A DNA stretch of 64,000 nt, from NCBI GenBank assembly GCA_043821645.1, contig JBDRCO010000101.1, positions 57,356-121,355 on the forward strand, written 5' to 3'. Below, piece by piece: positions 28,708 through 38,286 of this stretch. This DNA comes from Pseudomonadota bacterium. Lineage in GTDB: Bacteria > Myxococcota > JACRCW01 > JAFGSX01. Numbering within the stretch: position 1 is the first letter of the stretch; each line of letters starts with the position of its first letter. The translations under genes and the position numbers were made by a program. The notes beneath the pieces were generated by a model. The model was not told where the DNA came from and did not search any database. It saw nothing but the letters and a program-made list of their open reading frames with translations.

Positions 28708-31119
28708 TCAAAGCCGCCGGGGGTGTGCGCGCCGGCGCAGCCACAGCACGAGCAGCAGCACGGCTGGCAGGGTCCGGGGGCCCGGCGCGCCGCTGCACCC
28801 GCACGCCGCTGCGGTAGGATCCTGATTCGATGCGCCATCTTTTCCCGTGTGTGGAGCGTCGGAGGGGGAGGTGTCGCCGACGCCAACCTCCTGCAGCGCA
28901 TCTGGCGCGGCCCGATCGAGAATCGCCGCATCCAGAACATGGGTGTCTGTCCCGACCTGGGCATCCGCGAAGATCTGGTCCGCTTGGTCCAGGTCCGGCA
29001 GCTGGTTGTCCCCTGTCGCGACGTCGACGGTCGGGGCATCCCGTGGGATGCTATCCGCCGTGACCACGTCACCGGGTCCCGTGTCGCTCGACCCAGCGTC
29101 TGTGATCCCGGCGTCCGCATCGCCTGCTCCGGAGTCGCTCGCGGCGCTGTCCGTGCTGCCAGCGTCCATCGATTCCAGGGTTGCAGCGATCACCAGCTGT
29201 GGCGGATGCGCGCCCTCGCGGGATTCGAAGTCCGCGCCATCTCCACCCGTGGGGATCAGCACCAGGGTGATGGGCCCGGATCCGACGACCGCAGGTGTGA
29301 TGTCGACCTCGCTCCAGGCATCGACAGAGCCCGCCGGCAGGGCACCCCGGTTCGCAGCATCCACGGCAGGTGCCTGATTCCAGGTCGGTGCATCTTCAGC
29401 CCAGCTCAGGTCGGGAGAGGTCCGGACCGACGGTGGCGCTCCCGCGTTGACGCAGAACAGCCGCAGCGTGGCGCGCTGCACCTGGGCCACCTGCGGTGGG
29501 ACCACGAAGCGCAGGTAAGCGCGGGCCGTGCTCGGGGCGTCATCGACCTGCAACACCGTGGCGCTGCCATTGTTGGTGTCCGGGGTCGCGCTGTCGACGA
29601 AGGTGTCGGCGATGGCATCGAGCACGAGGACCTGATCGCTCACCTCGATCTGCACCAGATCCGGGGGAGAGGTGTGCTGCCCGTCAGAGACGCGAAGGTG
29701 AAACTGTACGCGGCCGGCACGGGTGGCGAGAAATTGAGGTCTGGCCGGGTTGCTCTCGTCGAGTACGACCGTCGGGCCCGAGCGCTGGGTCCAACCAAAG
29801 GTCAGGGGCACGGCCTCGGGATCGACGCTCCCGCTGCCGTCGAGGGTCACCAGGTCGCCCACCTGTGCACGCTGATCGGGGCCTGCCACCGCGGCCGGCG
29901 GCCTGTTTCCAGTCGTTCCCCCGTAGGACGCGACGTCAAAGAGCTGTCCCTGGCTGTCGACGGCCCGCAGTGTCATGGCACCGGGTTCCACGTCGATGGC
30001 GAGAAACTGGAACACCGCGGCCGAGGTCGCGAGACTGGCGCCGCTCCAGGGAGTGTAGGTGTCCGTGTGCAGCGGAGCTCCACCGCCGCCCGAGGTGACG
30101 TAGGCCACACCGTCCACCGGCTCGTAGCGCGCGTAGAGGTGATTGTGGCCACCCAGGACCAGGGGGACGCCATGGTCGCGATACAGGGGGTGCAAGGTGG
30201 CGCGAAGGTCCGCGGCTTCGCTCTCGACGTGTCCTCCCAGCGACCAGGGGGCAAAGTGCACCAGGCCGATGCGCCAGTGCACACTGGCAAGCTGGGCCGC
30301 ACCGGCAAGGTCCGCGCTCAGCCAGGTATTCTGGGGGCCGCTCTGATAGCCCGTGTCGTCGTACATGGCAATGGTCGCGACGTGCAGGTCCGCATAGTCG
30401 AGCGCGAACCATTTCTCGTCGGTGGACCCGGACTGGCTCGCGGGGTGCGAGAAGTAGCCATACAGGAACGCGTCCGAGGTCGCGGTGTTGCGGTCCTCGT
30501 GATTGCCGAAGGCGGTGTACATCGGGAGTCGTGCCAGCAGTTCCCGTGCCGGAGGCCACAGCTGGTCCCAGTCTCCAGCCACGGACCCGTCCGCCACGAG
30601 GTCGCCGGTGTGCAGAAGCACGGTTTGATGCCGATCCGGGTCCTGCTCCAGATCCTCGAGAATGCGCTGCGCGACCAGACCCCAGTGCGCGGGATCGGAC
30701 CGGGAGTCTCCGGCGACATAGAAGCGAAAGCTGCTACTCCCCGCGGCCGGCGCTGTTCGAAAGCTCAGGGTCTCCGTCGTCGTCGCGCCGCTGTGTACGC
30801 TGTACAGGTGCCGCGTGCCAGACTGCAGTCCGCTGAGCTGTGCGGTGTACACGACCTGCCCGTTCACTGACGAGGACTGTGCGTTGACGCGCGCGAGCTC
30901 GTTTCCCGCGAGTGAGGTGACGACCACTTCTGGAGAGGTGCTCTCGACCTCATCCGCACGCCACAGCACGCTGATCCCGTCGACGCGCACGTCCTGCAGC
31001 CAGGGACCGTACTGGATGTCCTGGGCGCGCACGGGACCCGATCCCAGAATGCCTGTCAGCAGACTGATCGTGGTCACGTAGTGGCGGGGGTGCGCGAGCA
31101 TCGGCGACGGACGTGTCAT
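28708..31119 (-). CDS. Purple-acid-phosphatase-like metallophosphoesterase with PKD-like and DNRLRE-like domains and MYXO-CTERM-type tail
   Basis: GDS, HTGDLV, GNHE, GHNHLYAR; AVAGPDQ...LDGSGSVDPE; ADTFV...AYLRF; C-terminus CGCSG...LLLVLWLRRR. Confidence 0.85.
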   Translation of the reverse strand: MTRPSPMLAHPRHYVTTISLLTGILGSGPVRAQDIQYGPWLQDVRVDGISVLWRADEVESTSPEVVVTSLAGNELARVNAQSSSVNGQVVYTAQLSGLQSGTRHLYSVHSGATTTETLSFRTAPAAGSSSFRFYVAGDSRSDPAHWGLVAQRILEDLEQDPDRHQTVLLHTGDLVADGSVAGDWDQLWPPARELLARLPMYTAFGNHEDRNTATSDAFLYGYFSHPASQSGSTDEKWFALDYADLHVATIAMYDDTGYQSGPQNTWLSADLAGAAQLASVHWRIGLVHFAPWSLGGHVESEAADLRATLHPLYRDHGVPLVLGGHNHLYARYEPVDGVAYVTSGGGGAPLHTDTYTPWSGASLATSAAVFQFLAIDVEPGAMTLRAVDSQGQLFDVASYGGTTGNRPPAAVAGPDQRAQVGDLVTLDGSGSVDPEAVPLTFGWTQRSGPTVVLDESNPARPQFLATRAGRVQFHLRVSDGQHTSPPDLVQIEVSDQVLVLDAIADTFVDSATPDTNNGSATVLQVDDAPSTARAYLRFVVPPQVAQVQRATLRLFCVNAGAPPSVRTSPDLSWAEDAPTWNQAPAVDAANRGALPAGSVDAWSEVDITPAVVGSGPITLVLIPTGGDGADFESREGAHPPQLVIAATLESMDAGSTDSAASDSGAGDADAGITDAGSSDTGPGDVVTADSIPRDAPTVDVATGDNQLPDLDQADQIFADAQVGTDTHVLDAAILDRAAPDALQEVGVGDTSPSDAPHTGKDGASNQDPTAAACGCSGAPGPRTLPAVLLLVLWLRRRAHPRRL

Positions 31120-31240
31120 GTTTTCTCCCTGGACGAACCGCTTGCCGCGAGAGCGCGACCACCAAAGGTCACGATCCCCTCACATCCTATTCGAAGGCCC
31201 TGTGCGTATCACGGCCACGTCACGGGTGCGTGGCGAGTTT

Positions 31241-31645
31241 TCAAGCAGGAGGCTCCCCGGGCGTCTCGGTGCTCGACCGCCGGGCCGTGAGGTCTGGCGC
31301 CGGTCGACGGCCGTCGAACAGGTGCAGCGCGGCCAGGACAGGGTGGTTCCACACCATGCGAGGTCCGGCAAAGCGCATGACCTGCCGCACTTGCTCGCGA
31401 CGGTCAGGCTTGTAGCAGTGCACCGGGCAGTTGACGCAGGTCGGTTTGTCGAGCCTGAAGGGACAGTGATGGATGCGCGCCTGCGCGTAGGTCCACAGGG
31501 CGGCGCAGTCGTCGCACAGGCCACCGTGGCCTGCGTGATGGTGCCGACAGTACATGCCGATCATCAGTTGGATGGTATGCAGTTCCCGTTGCACGCGCCT
31601 TGCTGCGGCTCCCTGGACCTCCCGTGGTCTCGCCTTCACGGTCAT
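31241..31645 (-). CDS. ygbA: YgbA (nitrous oxide-stimulated promoter family) protein
   Basis: MIGMYCRHHH, LCDDC, CPF..KPTCVNCPVHCY, VMRFAGPRM..HP; alternative ATG at 31654. Confidence 0.9.
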   Translation of the reverse strand: MTVKARPREVQGAAARRVQRELHTIQLMIGMYCRHHHAGHGGLCDDCAALWTYAQARIHHCPFRLDKPTCVNCPVHCYKPDRREQVRQVMRFAGPRMVWNHPVLAALHLFDGRRPAPDLTARRSSTETPGEPPA

Positions 31646-31679
31646 GGCGTACATCTAGCGCACGGGTGCGACGCTGTGT

Positions 31680-31693
31680 TTGACCTTTGTCAA
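31680..31693. promoter_or_regulatory. CRP/FNR-family (HcpR-like) binding site
   Basis: Perfect TTGAC-CTTT-GTCAA palindrome upstream of ygbA. Confidence 0.7.
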
Positions 31694-31792
31694 GGCAGGC
31701 GGGAGCCGCACCTTCTCGGCCGCTGAGGCCCGCCCTGGTGTCCCGGGCCGCGGATGGGTAGGCTTCGTCGAACACCGAATCGGGGGCATGCT

Positions 31793-32353
31793 ATGACCTC
31801 ACGCGAAGCTCGGACCCTGCTGGCCCGCCAGCGCATTCCCATTGCCTGCGCCGTGGCTCGGCAGATCCAGCAGACCGTGCCCTCGTACCAGGCGATCGAT
31901 GGCATCCAGCTGGCGCGGGGTGTCAGCAACGTGCTCGACGCCGTGGTGCGCCTCCTCGACGGCGGGGACTATCGCGTCCTGATGGACGTGCTCGACGTGC
32001 TCAAAAAACAGCGCCATGAGCAGGGCTTCAAGGACAGCGACTTCCTGGTTGCCGTGCTGTGCGGGCTGCCCGTGATCCGGCGTTTCTTTCTCAATCACGC
32101 GTCGGCCTTGCGCACCGGGCTCGCACTGTTCGAGGAGGTCGAACGCGTGCTGCTCCCGCTCTATGGCTACCTGGCGCAGAGCGATGTCCGCGCCTTCGAG
32201 GAGATGGCCACCGCCCCCGATACACGCAAGCCTGCGGTCATGGCCGGGCGTGCCGAGGGGGGCACCCTGATCGATTTCGAGATCGCCACCGTCGACGAGG
32301 CCGTCAACCAGCAGTGGACGCGGCCGTACATCGAGCGCTACGGCGAAGGCTGA
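31793..32353 (+). CDS. Hypothetical protein, RsbRD_N-like helical sensor
   Basis: All-alpha pattern with VPSY and RHEQGF motifs; no output domain. Confidence 0.6.
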   Translation: MTSREARTLLARQRIPIACAVARQIQQTVPSYQAIDGIQLARGVSNVLDAVVRLLDGGDYRVLMDVLDVLKKQRHEQGFKDSDFLVAVLCGLPVIRRFFLNHASALRTGLALFEEVERVLLPLYGYLAQSDVRAFEEMATAPDTRKPAVMAGRAEGGTLIDFEIATVDEAVNQQWTRPYIERYGEG

Positions 32354-32424
32354 AACCCCCGGTCTGGGCGGTGTCATTTTCTGGAGCCGGCCACGGGCGC
32401 TGGGCTTGACGGGCGACGGGCCGT

Positions 32425-33144
32425 TCAGGCGTCGAGGTCGAGCTGGCGGTAGTGCAAGAAGGCGAACAGGATGGAGACGGATCCCAGCACGTGCCAGATC
32501 GCATGGCCGTGCAGGATCAGGTTCTCGGGCTGGCACCATGTGCGGCTGACGTCGAGCAGCGAGAAGCTCTCCGCCACCACGATGATCAGCAGGGACAGCC
32601 CGAAGTAGCGATAACGGTAGCGCTGCCAGTCGCCGCGGCGCATGCAGATGACCTCGGTGACGACGAGCACCAGCACGCCAATCGCGATGAGAAGCTGGTA
32701 GGGCAGGTCGAGCAGGTACATGCCGTGCACGAGTCCTGTGCTGCCCAGGATCAGGCCCCAGTAGATGGGACGTTGCCAGGTCCTCAGACCAGGCCAGACG
32801 CGCACGAGATTGATCCGCACCAGCAGGTACACGTAGAGGAACATGCCGACAAAGTCGAACACCTGGGTCAGGTAGTTATTGGACGCGTGGTAGACAAAAG
32901 AGAACAGTCCCATTAGGAACGCGGTCGGCGCGAACAAGCGCACCGCGACGCTGCGTGCGCTGCGGGCCAGGCGCCAGAACACCACGGCCACCGCCAGGTA
33001 GCCGAGGTTGGACCAGGTATTGGCAGGCTCGCTGATCCACTCGCAGCGGGTGGGCTCGCACCACTTCAGGTTGGGTGCTCCGACGACCTCGGTGACGTCG
33101 TACCAGGGACAGCCCGGCGCGTGCGGGTTTGGGTATTGTGGCAA
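32425..33144 (-). CDS. Ceramidase-like membrane hydrolase (CREST superfamily)
   Basis: WCE...EPANTWSN, SFVYHAS, D, HAIWH; about 7 TM; TTG start after AGGAGG (ATG 33168 alternative). Confidence 0.85.
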   Translation of the reverse strand: MPQYPNPHAPGCPWYDVTEVVGAPNLKWCEPTRCEWISEPANTWSNLGYLAVAVVFWRLARSARSVAVRLFAPTAFLMGLFSFVYHASNNYLTQVFDFVGMFLYVYLLVRINLVRVWPGLRTWQRPIYWGLILGSTGLVHGMYLLDLPYQLLIAIGVLVLVVTEVICMRRGDWQRYRYRYFGLSLLIIVVAESFSLLDVSRTWCQPENLILHGHAIWHVLGSVSILFAFLHYRQLDLDA

Positions 33145-33287
33145 GGCAGCCTCCTGCCCGCCAACCATGCGCGAGGATGCAAGGCTGCGCAATGCTCATT
33201 CACGGGGTCAGGCGGGTGCACTGGGCTGTGGCCACGTTGCCACGGCGCGGGGAGCCAGGCACGCACCCTGTCGCCAGGGGCCGGAGA

Positions 33288-33902
33288 TCAGCCGCGCGTG
33301 CTGTTGAAGTTCTCGGCGACCTTGTCCCAGTTGACCACGGACCACCAGGCCTTGAGATAGTCGGGCCGACGGTTCTGGTAGTTCAAGTAGTAGGCGTGTT
33401 CCCACACATCCAAGCCGAGGACAGGCGTCAGACCGTCCATCAGCGGGCTGTCCTGGTTGGCCGTGGAGCTCACGGTCAGCCTGCCAAAGTGGTCCCGAGA
33501 CAGCCAGGCCCAGCCCGACCCGAAGCGCGTGGTGGCTGCCACCTCGAACTGCTTCTGGAATTCGGCGAAGGATCCAAAGTTCTTGTCGATGACTTTCTTC
33601 AGATCTCCCTTGGGCTCGCCGCCGCCGTTGGGGTCCATGACCTCCCAGAACAGCGAGTGGTTGAGATGGCCACCCCCGTTGTTGCGGATGGCGGTGCGGA
33701 TCGACTCGGGCACACTGGCCAGGTTGGTGATCAGATCCAGCAGCTTGACGTCGAAAAGAGCCGGCTCCTTTTCGAGCGCAGCGTTGAGGTTATTGACATA
33801 GGCCTGGTGATGTTTGGAGTGGTGGATCTCCATGGTCCGGGCATCGATGTGCGGATCCAGGGCATCGTAGGCGTAGGGCAGCTTGGGCAGTTCGTGCATC
33901 AT
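33288..33902 (-). CDS. sodA: Superoxide dismutase, Mn-type signature
   Basis: [37 protein letters not shown]. Confidence 0.95.
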   Translation of the reverse strand: MMHELPKLPYAYDALDPHIDARTMEIHHSKHHQAYVNNLNAALEKEPALFDVKLLDLITNLASVPESIRTAIRNNGGGHLNHSLFWEVMDPNGGGEPKGDLKKVIDKNFGSFAEFQKQFEVAATTRFGSGWAWLSRDHFGRLTVSSTANQDSPLMDGLTPVLGLDVWEHAYYLNYQNRRPDYLKAWWSVVNWDKVAENFNSTRG

Positions 33903-34061
33903 CGTCGCCTCCTCACCACGGACCGGCGAGCCGCCGCCCGGGGTCGTTAGTATGCGACTCATGTAGTGCGTAAAAGCACACTGGCAAGCTCGGAATTAAT
34001 GTCTTTGAGATGTCGCCGCTGACTGCGGAGCAGGGGAGGCGAGCCGGTCGGGTCTGTACGC

Positions 34062-34367
34062 CTAGTCTCCGCTAGCTTTCTCGCCCAGGTCCCCGAGCTG
34101 ATGCGCCCAGTAGCCGCGGCTGGCCAGGAAGGTCTCGCCGGTCCGCATCTCGAACGGGCGCCGCTCATCCACGGGCGCGCCAAAGAAATGCATGGCCTCG
34201 GCCACGTCGTCGGCGAGATCGTCGGGGACATACGCGTGCACCGGCCCGCGCCAGTCGTCCTGTTCCCAGATCACGTAGTCATACCAGAGCTGTTCCAGCT
34301 CCTCGGCCCGCGCGCTGCGCCGTGGATCTGTCGCTGTCCTGCCAGGTGAACTGGTCTCGGTCTGCAT
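34062..34367 (-). CDS. Hypothetical protein (101 aa)
   Basis: GAGGAGGGGG RBS; acidic/aromatic globular composition. Confidence 0.65.
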   Translation of the reverse strand: MQTETSSPGRTATDPRRSARAEELEQLWYDYVIWEQDDWRGPVHAYVPDDLADDVAEAMHFFGAPVDERRPFEMRTGETFLASRGYWAHQLGDLGEKASGD

Positions 34368-34592
34368 GATTCCCCCCTCCTCATCGCCCGGTGCGGACCG
34401 TAGCACAGACCTCGCCTCAGACCAACCCAGGCCACGACCACCAACACCCGTCGCGCACGCCTCAGAGGACCCCTTCGAGTACAGGACCGCGCGGTGCACG
34501 CCCTTGACGACGAGGTTCTCCAGCGGGAGATGATCTGGACCTCCTTTCGGGCTAGACTCACCGCGCCGTTCCGGGAGCGGCAGGAGGTGGCG

Positions 34593-34922
34593 ATGAGAGC
34601 GATGCTGGTGCTTGGCCTCGCGACAGCGGTCCTGACGTGGACCGCGTGCGCACCGGTGGTGCACGCAGGCTGTGACAGTGACGCAGACTGCGAGAGTCGG
34701 TGCGAGACCGGCCGCGGTGCGTTCCCCGGCGGTCTGTGCACGCGGACCTGCAACAAAACCGAGGACTGTCCGGCCGACGCGCACTGCATCGACATCGAAG
34801 GGGGCCTGTGTCTGATCGCCTGCTCCAGCATGGACCAGTGTCGAGACTTCGGTTCGGGTTATCTGTGCAAGGACAAAAAGGACGTTCACGGCCAGCCGCA
34901 GCTGGTGTGCCTGGGCGACTGA
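34593..34922 (+). CDS. Small Cys-rich lipoprotein
   Basis: AGGAGG RBS, lipobox-like WTAC, CDSDADC, FPGGLCTRTC...DCP. Confidence 0.8.
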   Translation: MRAMLVLGLATAVLTWTACAPVVHAGCDSDADCESRCETGRGAFPGGLCTRTCNKTEDCPADAHCIDIEGGLCLIACSSMDQCRDFGSGYLCKDKKDVHGQPQLVCLGD

Positions 34923-34961
34923 ACGCTTGGTTCCGGGACCTTCTCGACGAGGTGGCGCCCC

Positions 34962-35345
34962 ATGCCCTCAGGACGACAACCCGCGCGCACGGGGTGCCCC
35001 TACTGCTGGGAATGGATCCCCGAGCCGCGCAAGCTGGACAAGGTCTATACGCCCGATGGCTGCATGGGTGGGCGCTGCGAGTGCGGTGCATACTTCGTCA
35101 TCGACGAGATCGGGCGCAATGGAGGCATGGCCCTCCTCAACGCCCAGGTCCTGGCCTGCGATGGCGACGTGGACCGTGCCCTGCAGCTGAGCCACGGCGA
35201 TGACTTCGAGGTGCTGACGCGCGACTACCAGCAGCCGGGAGGCGTGGGTTTTCGCGGCTATGCCCACGCGTCGCGTCGCGCCAAGATCTGGTTCCTCAAG
35301 CTCAAGGGGCCCGTGGCCTCCAATGTCCCGGGAGGCCAGGCCTGA
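34962..35345 (+). CDS. Hypothetical zinc-ribbon protein
   Basis: CPYC...CECGAYF..D..G...LACDGD pattern; GAGG RBS. Confidence 0.7.
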   Translation: MPSGRQPARTGCPYCWEWIPEPRKLDKVYTPDGCMGGRCECGAYFVIDEIGRNGGMALLNAQVLACDGDVDRALQLSHGDDFEVLTRDYQQPGGVGFRGYAHASRRAKIWFLKLKGPVASNVPGGQA

Positions 35346-35412
35346 GCCCCTTGCTCCTTCCAACCATCCAGCGCGCCAGCGCTCCCCGGAGTCAGGCGCC
35401 CAGGAGGTCCAC

Positions 35413-35799
35413 ATGCGTCAGGTGATCACCACGGACAGGGCGCCCGCGGCCATCGGACCTTACTCCCAGGCCATCGCGAGCGGCGAGATGGTGTTCTGCT
35501 CGGGGCAGATCCCCCTGGATCCGGCGACGGGTCAGCTGGTCGGTGCCGGTGATGTGGTGCTCGAGACGCGGCAGGTGCTCGACAACCTTGAAGCGGTCCT
35601 CAAGGCGGCGGGTTGCGCGCTCCGCGACGTCGTCAAGACCACGATCTTCCTGGCCGACATGAACGACTTTGGCGCGGTCAATGCCCTCTACGGTGAGCGC
35701 TTCTCCTCCGAGCCTCCGGCGCGCGCCACGGTGCAGGTGGCGGCGCTGCCCAAGGGGGCACGGGTGGAGATCGAGGCCATCGCGGTGAAGTCGCGCTGA
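35413..35799 (+). CDS. ridA: RidA/YjgF-family deaminase
   Basis: APAAIGPYSQA, SGQIP, VVKTTIFL, PARATV, VEIEAIA. Confidence 0.95.
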   Translation: MRQVITTDRAPAAIGPYSQAIASGEMVFCSGQIPLDPATGQLVGAGDVVLETRQVLDNLEAVLKAAGCALRDVVKTTIFLADMNDFGAVNALYGERFSSEPPARATVQVAALPKGARVEIEAIAVKSR

Positions 35800-35891
35800 G
35801 CCGCGCCCGTCGTCCCAGACCTCCACCGGAGGGCCCATGGATTGAAGAATGCGTCCCTCGGTCAGGCGGGGATCCTCTCACCAGACCGTGC

Positions 35892-36437
35892 TCAGGGAAG
35901 GGGCGTGCGATCACGCTGCAGCGTCGGGCAGAAGGTCCCCATGGCCTTCTTCAGGGCCGCATGCGCCTCCTCGAAGCGGGCACCCTCGGTCCGCGTCTCG
36001 CTGATGGTGGCGGTCGGTGTGCGGGCCGCGCTGCAGCGCACGGCGATCCAGTGTTTCTTGTTCTTGTAGCCAAAGCTCGCCACGACGCGCCACGGCGCGG
36101 ACTTCTTGCAGGACTCGTAGCTGGCGATCTGCTTGTCCTGCATCTCGGTGCTGGTCGGCGAGCCCGCCAGCATCTTCTTCATCTGCCTCGCCATGGTGGC
36201 AAGTCCGCCGTACAAGGCGCGATCCCGTCCCACTCGGTTGTTGAGTTCGGTCTGCACCGTCTGGGCGATGCTCTGGGTCTCGCTGATGCGCATTCCCTGG
36301 CTGCCCATGTCCTCGAAAAGAACCCAGCATGCGCTGGCAGGCGGGGGAGCCGGCACGGGCGTCGGCATTGCCCCGGGGGCTGCCGCGAGCGCGGTGGCAG
36401 GAAGGGCGAGGAGATACCACGGAGCGACGCGTCGCAT
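35892..36437 (-). CDS. Secreted hypothetical protein
   Basis: Signal peptide ending ALA-A; four Cys; GAGG RBS with TACAAT just upstream. Confidence 0.7.
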   Translation of the reverse strand: MRRVAPWYLLALPATALAAAPGAMPTPVPAPPPASACWVLFEDMGSQGMRISETQSIAQTVQTELNNRVGRDRALYGGLATMARQMKKMLAGSPTSTEMQDKQIASYESCKKSAPWRVVASFGYKNKKHWIAVRCSAARTPTATISETRTEGARFEEAHAALKKAMGTFCPTLQRDRTPLP

Positions 36438-36834
36438 GCTGGTCACCTCGATCGCATTGTAGCGCGGGCGTCAGGCCAAGCCCAGGTGGATGCGCCTGCA
36501 AGTGCTCGACCACCCCAGCGCATGCTGCGGTTCACCGTGCGGGGTTCGAGAACACGAACAGCTGCATTGTCGTCAAGGACCGATCGTGCAGTGCTCTGCG
36601 GTACTGGGAGCGCCCCATTTGCTGCGCCAGGACAACGGGGAGGCGCGGCAGGTCGATCAGATCGCTCAGACGGGCTCGCGGTGCCGGTGATCCTGGGACC
36701 GCAACCCGTCACCTGTGGACACGCGCATCATGTGCCCAGGCTTTGTGACGGGTGGTGAGCAGCGACGCAGAGATGTTGTCGCCTGCACGCGCAGGGAGGC
36801 GGGGAGTCCCTCTGCGGCAGCGACGGTTGTCCTG

Positions 36835-38286
36835 TCACGCCGTCGCCGGGGACGACACTTCGCTTTGAGATTTGCGCCCGATGAGCTTGGTCGCGATCAG
36901 GTCCGCGACCTTGAGAGCACTGCGCAGCTCGCCCTCGAGGCCCCAGGCAGGCAGCACGTCGCTGCCCACACGCAGCAGGCGTGCGTGCTCGGTGGTCACC
37001 GGTCGCAGCGGCCCCATCGCCCCCGAGGTCACACCCTCCGGGCTGCGGAACAGCTGCCGCGTCCGACCCTCGTGCTCGGCGACGACGTGGCTGTGGCAGA
37101 AGGGGAGAAGCTCATCGACCACCTCGCACAGGTCGCGACGGCCGTCCGCCTCCTGACCCTGATGCACCACGCAGGCCGCGCTCAAGGTGGACACACCCTC
37201 CACCACCGAGCGATCACCCTCGGCCGGACGTGCGAGGTGATCGACGGAGAGCAACATGGTGCGGCCGTCCGCGGTGTGCACGATCAGCTTGTGGCCAATA
37301 CCCTCGGGCAGGCCCGCAGGCTTGAGCACCCAGTGTCGGGTCACCACGATGTCGTCAGCCAGGACCTGGGCGCGATCCGTCGCGTACTGTCGCGCCGCTC
37401 GTTCAGGGGCCAGCATGGCTCCAAGCCAGTTCGACCGCGAGGCATCGACGACAAAGGTGGCCAGGTTCTCGGTCCTGTCCCCAGCGAGCTCGATCAGGGC
37501 CTCGCTACGGCGCATCTCGACCCTGGCCACGCGGCTGTCCGGCTTGACCTCCCCACCATGCGTGGTGATGAAACCGCGCGCCATGCGTGCCAGCATTGCT
37601 CTCTCACCGCCCGTGCTGTGCCGTGTTCCCAGCACCAGACGCGCCGCTGCGCGCTCGGTCAGGAGCGGCGACACGCTCTCGTCGCCGACGTGTGATGCGT
37701 AGGGCGTCAGGCCGCGCAGCCAGTGCGCGATCGCGCTACCCGCAGGGAGCCGAGCCCACAGCGAGCCCTGGTTCTCCAACCGCGAGGCCGTGAGCAGGTA
37801 CTTGTTCAGCCCACGGCGGGCAAAGAAGCCGCTCTCGCACAGGCCCGGTGCCGCATCGATCCAGTTCGCGATCTCCGTCGTGCGGTCGTCGAGACCTCGC
37901 AGCAAAGCGGCCAGCGGCGGACCCGCTTCCCCGAATTCACGCTGCAGTTCAGCCAGCCGGGGCGCTTCTTCGTCGTGCAGGTCGAGACGGTGCAGGGCAT
38001 CGATGAGCTGCAGGGTCGGCGCCGCGAAGGGTACCAACCGACGCACATCTTGACGCAGACCCAGATCTTCGACAACCCGACGCACCGCGGAGCTGGCCTC
38101 GAAGTCCGCGACCAGAAAGGGGAGTTCGGGCAGCAGGACGCCCTCGACAGCCAGGTGGCCCTCGATCTCGCCGTGGCCGAACACCTTGCAGCGCAGGCCC
38201 CTCTTGGCCAGGAGTGCTGCGGTGAACAGCCCTGCCAGTTCCCCACCGAGCACGATGACGTCGGTGCGATGGCGCGGTAACTCCAT
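36835..38286 (-). CDS. FAD-dependent oxidoreductase-like protein (phytoene desaturase-like fold)
   Basis: DVIVLGGELAGLFTAALLAKRG Rossmann start; C-terminal LLRVGSDVLPAWGLEGE. Confidence 0.75.
   Translation of the reverse strand: MELPRHRTDVIVLGGELAGLFTAALLAKRGLRCKVFGHGEIEGHLAVEGVLLPELPFLVADFEASSAVRRVVEDLGLRQDVRRLVPFAAPTLQLIDALHRLDLHDEEAPRLAELQREFGEAGPPLAALLRGLDDRTTEIANWIDAAPGLCESGFFARRGLNKYLLTASRLENQGSLWARLPAGSAIAHWLRGLTPYASHVGDESVSPLLTERAAARLVLGTRHSTGGERAMLARMARGFITTHGGEVKPDSRVARVEMRRSEALIELAGDRTENLATFVVDASRSNWLGAMLAPERAARQYATDRAQVLADDIVVTRHWVLKPAGLPEGIGHKLIVHTADGRTMLLSVDHLARPAEGDRSVVEGVSTLSAACVVHQGQEADGRRDLCEVVDELLPFCHSHVVAEHEGRTRQLFRSPEGVTSGAMGPLRPVTTEHARLLRVGSDVLPAWGLEGELRSALKVADLIATKLIGRKSQSEVSSPATA

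Noticed and set aside
28429..30870. 813-aa plus-strand ORF
   Set aside because: Shadow of the phosphatase gene.
33903..34061. Mn riboswitch or Fur/PerR box upstream of sodA
   Set aside because: AT-richer promoter-like patch only; no yybP-ykoY or Fur consensus that I can match.
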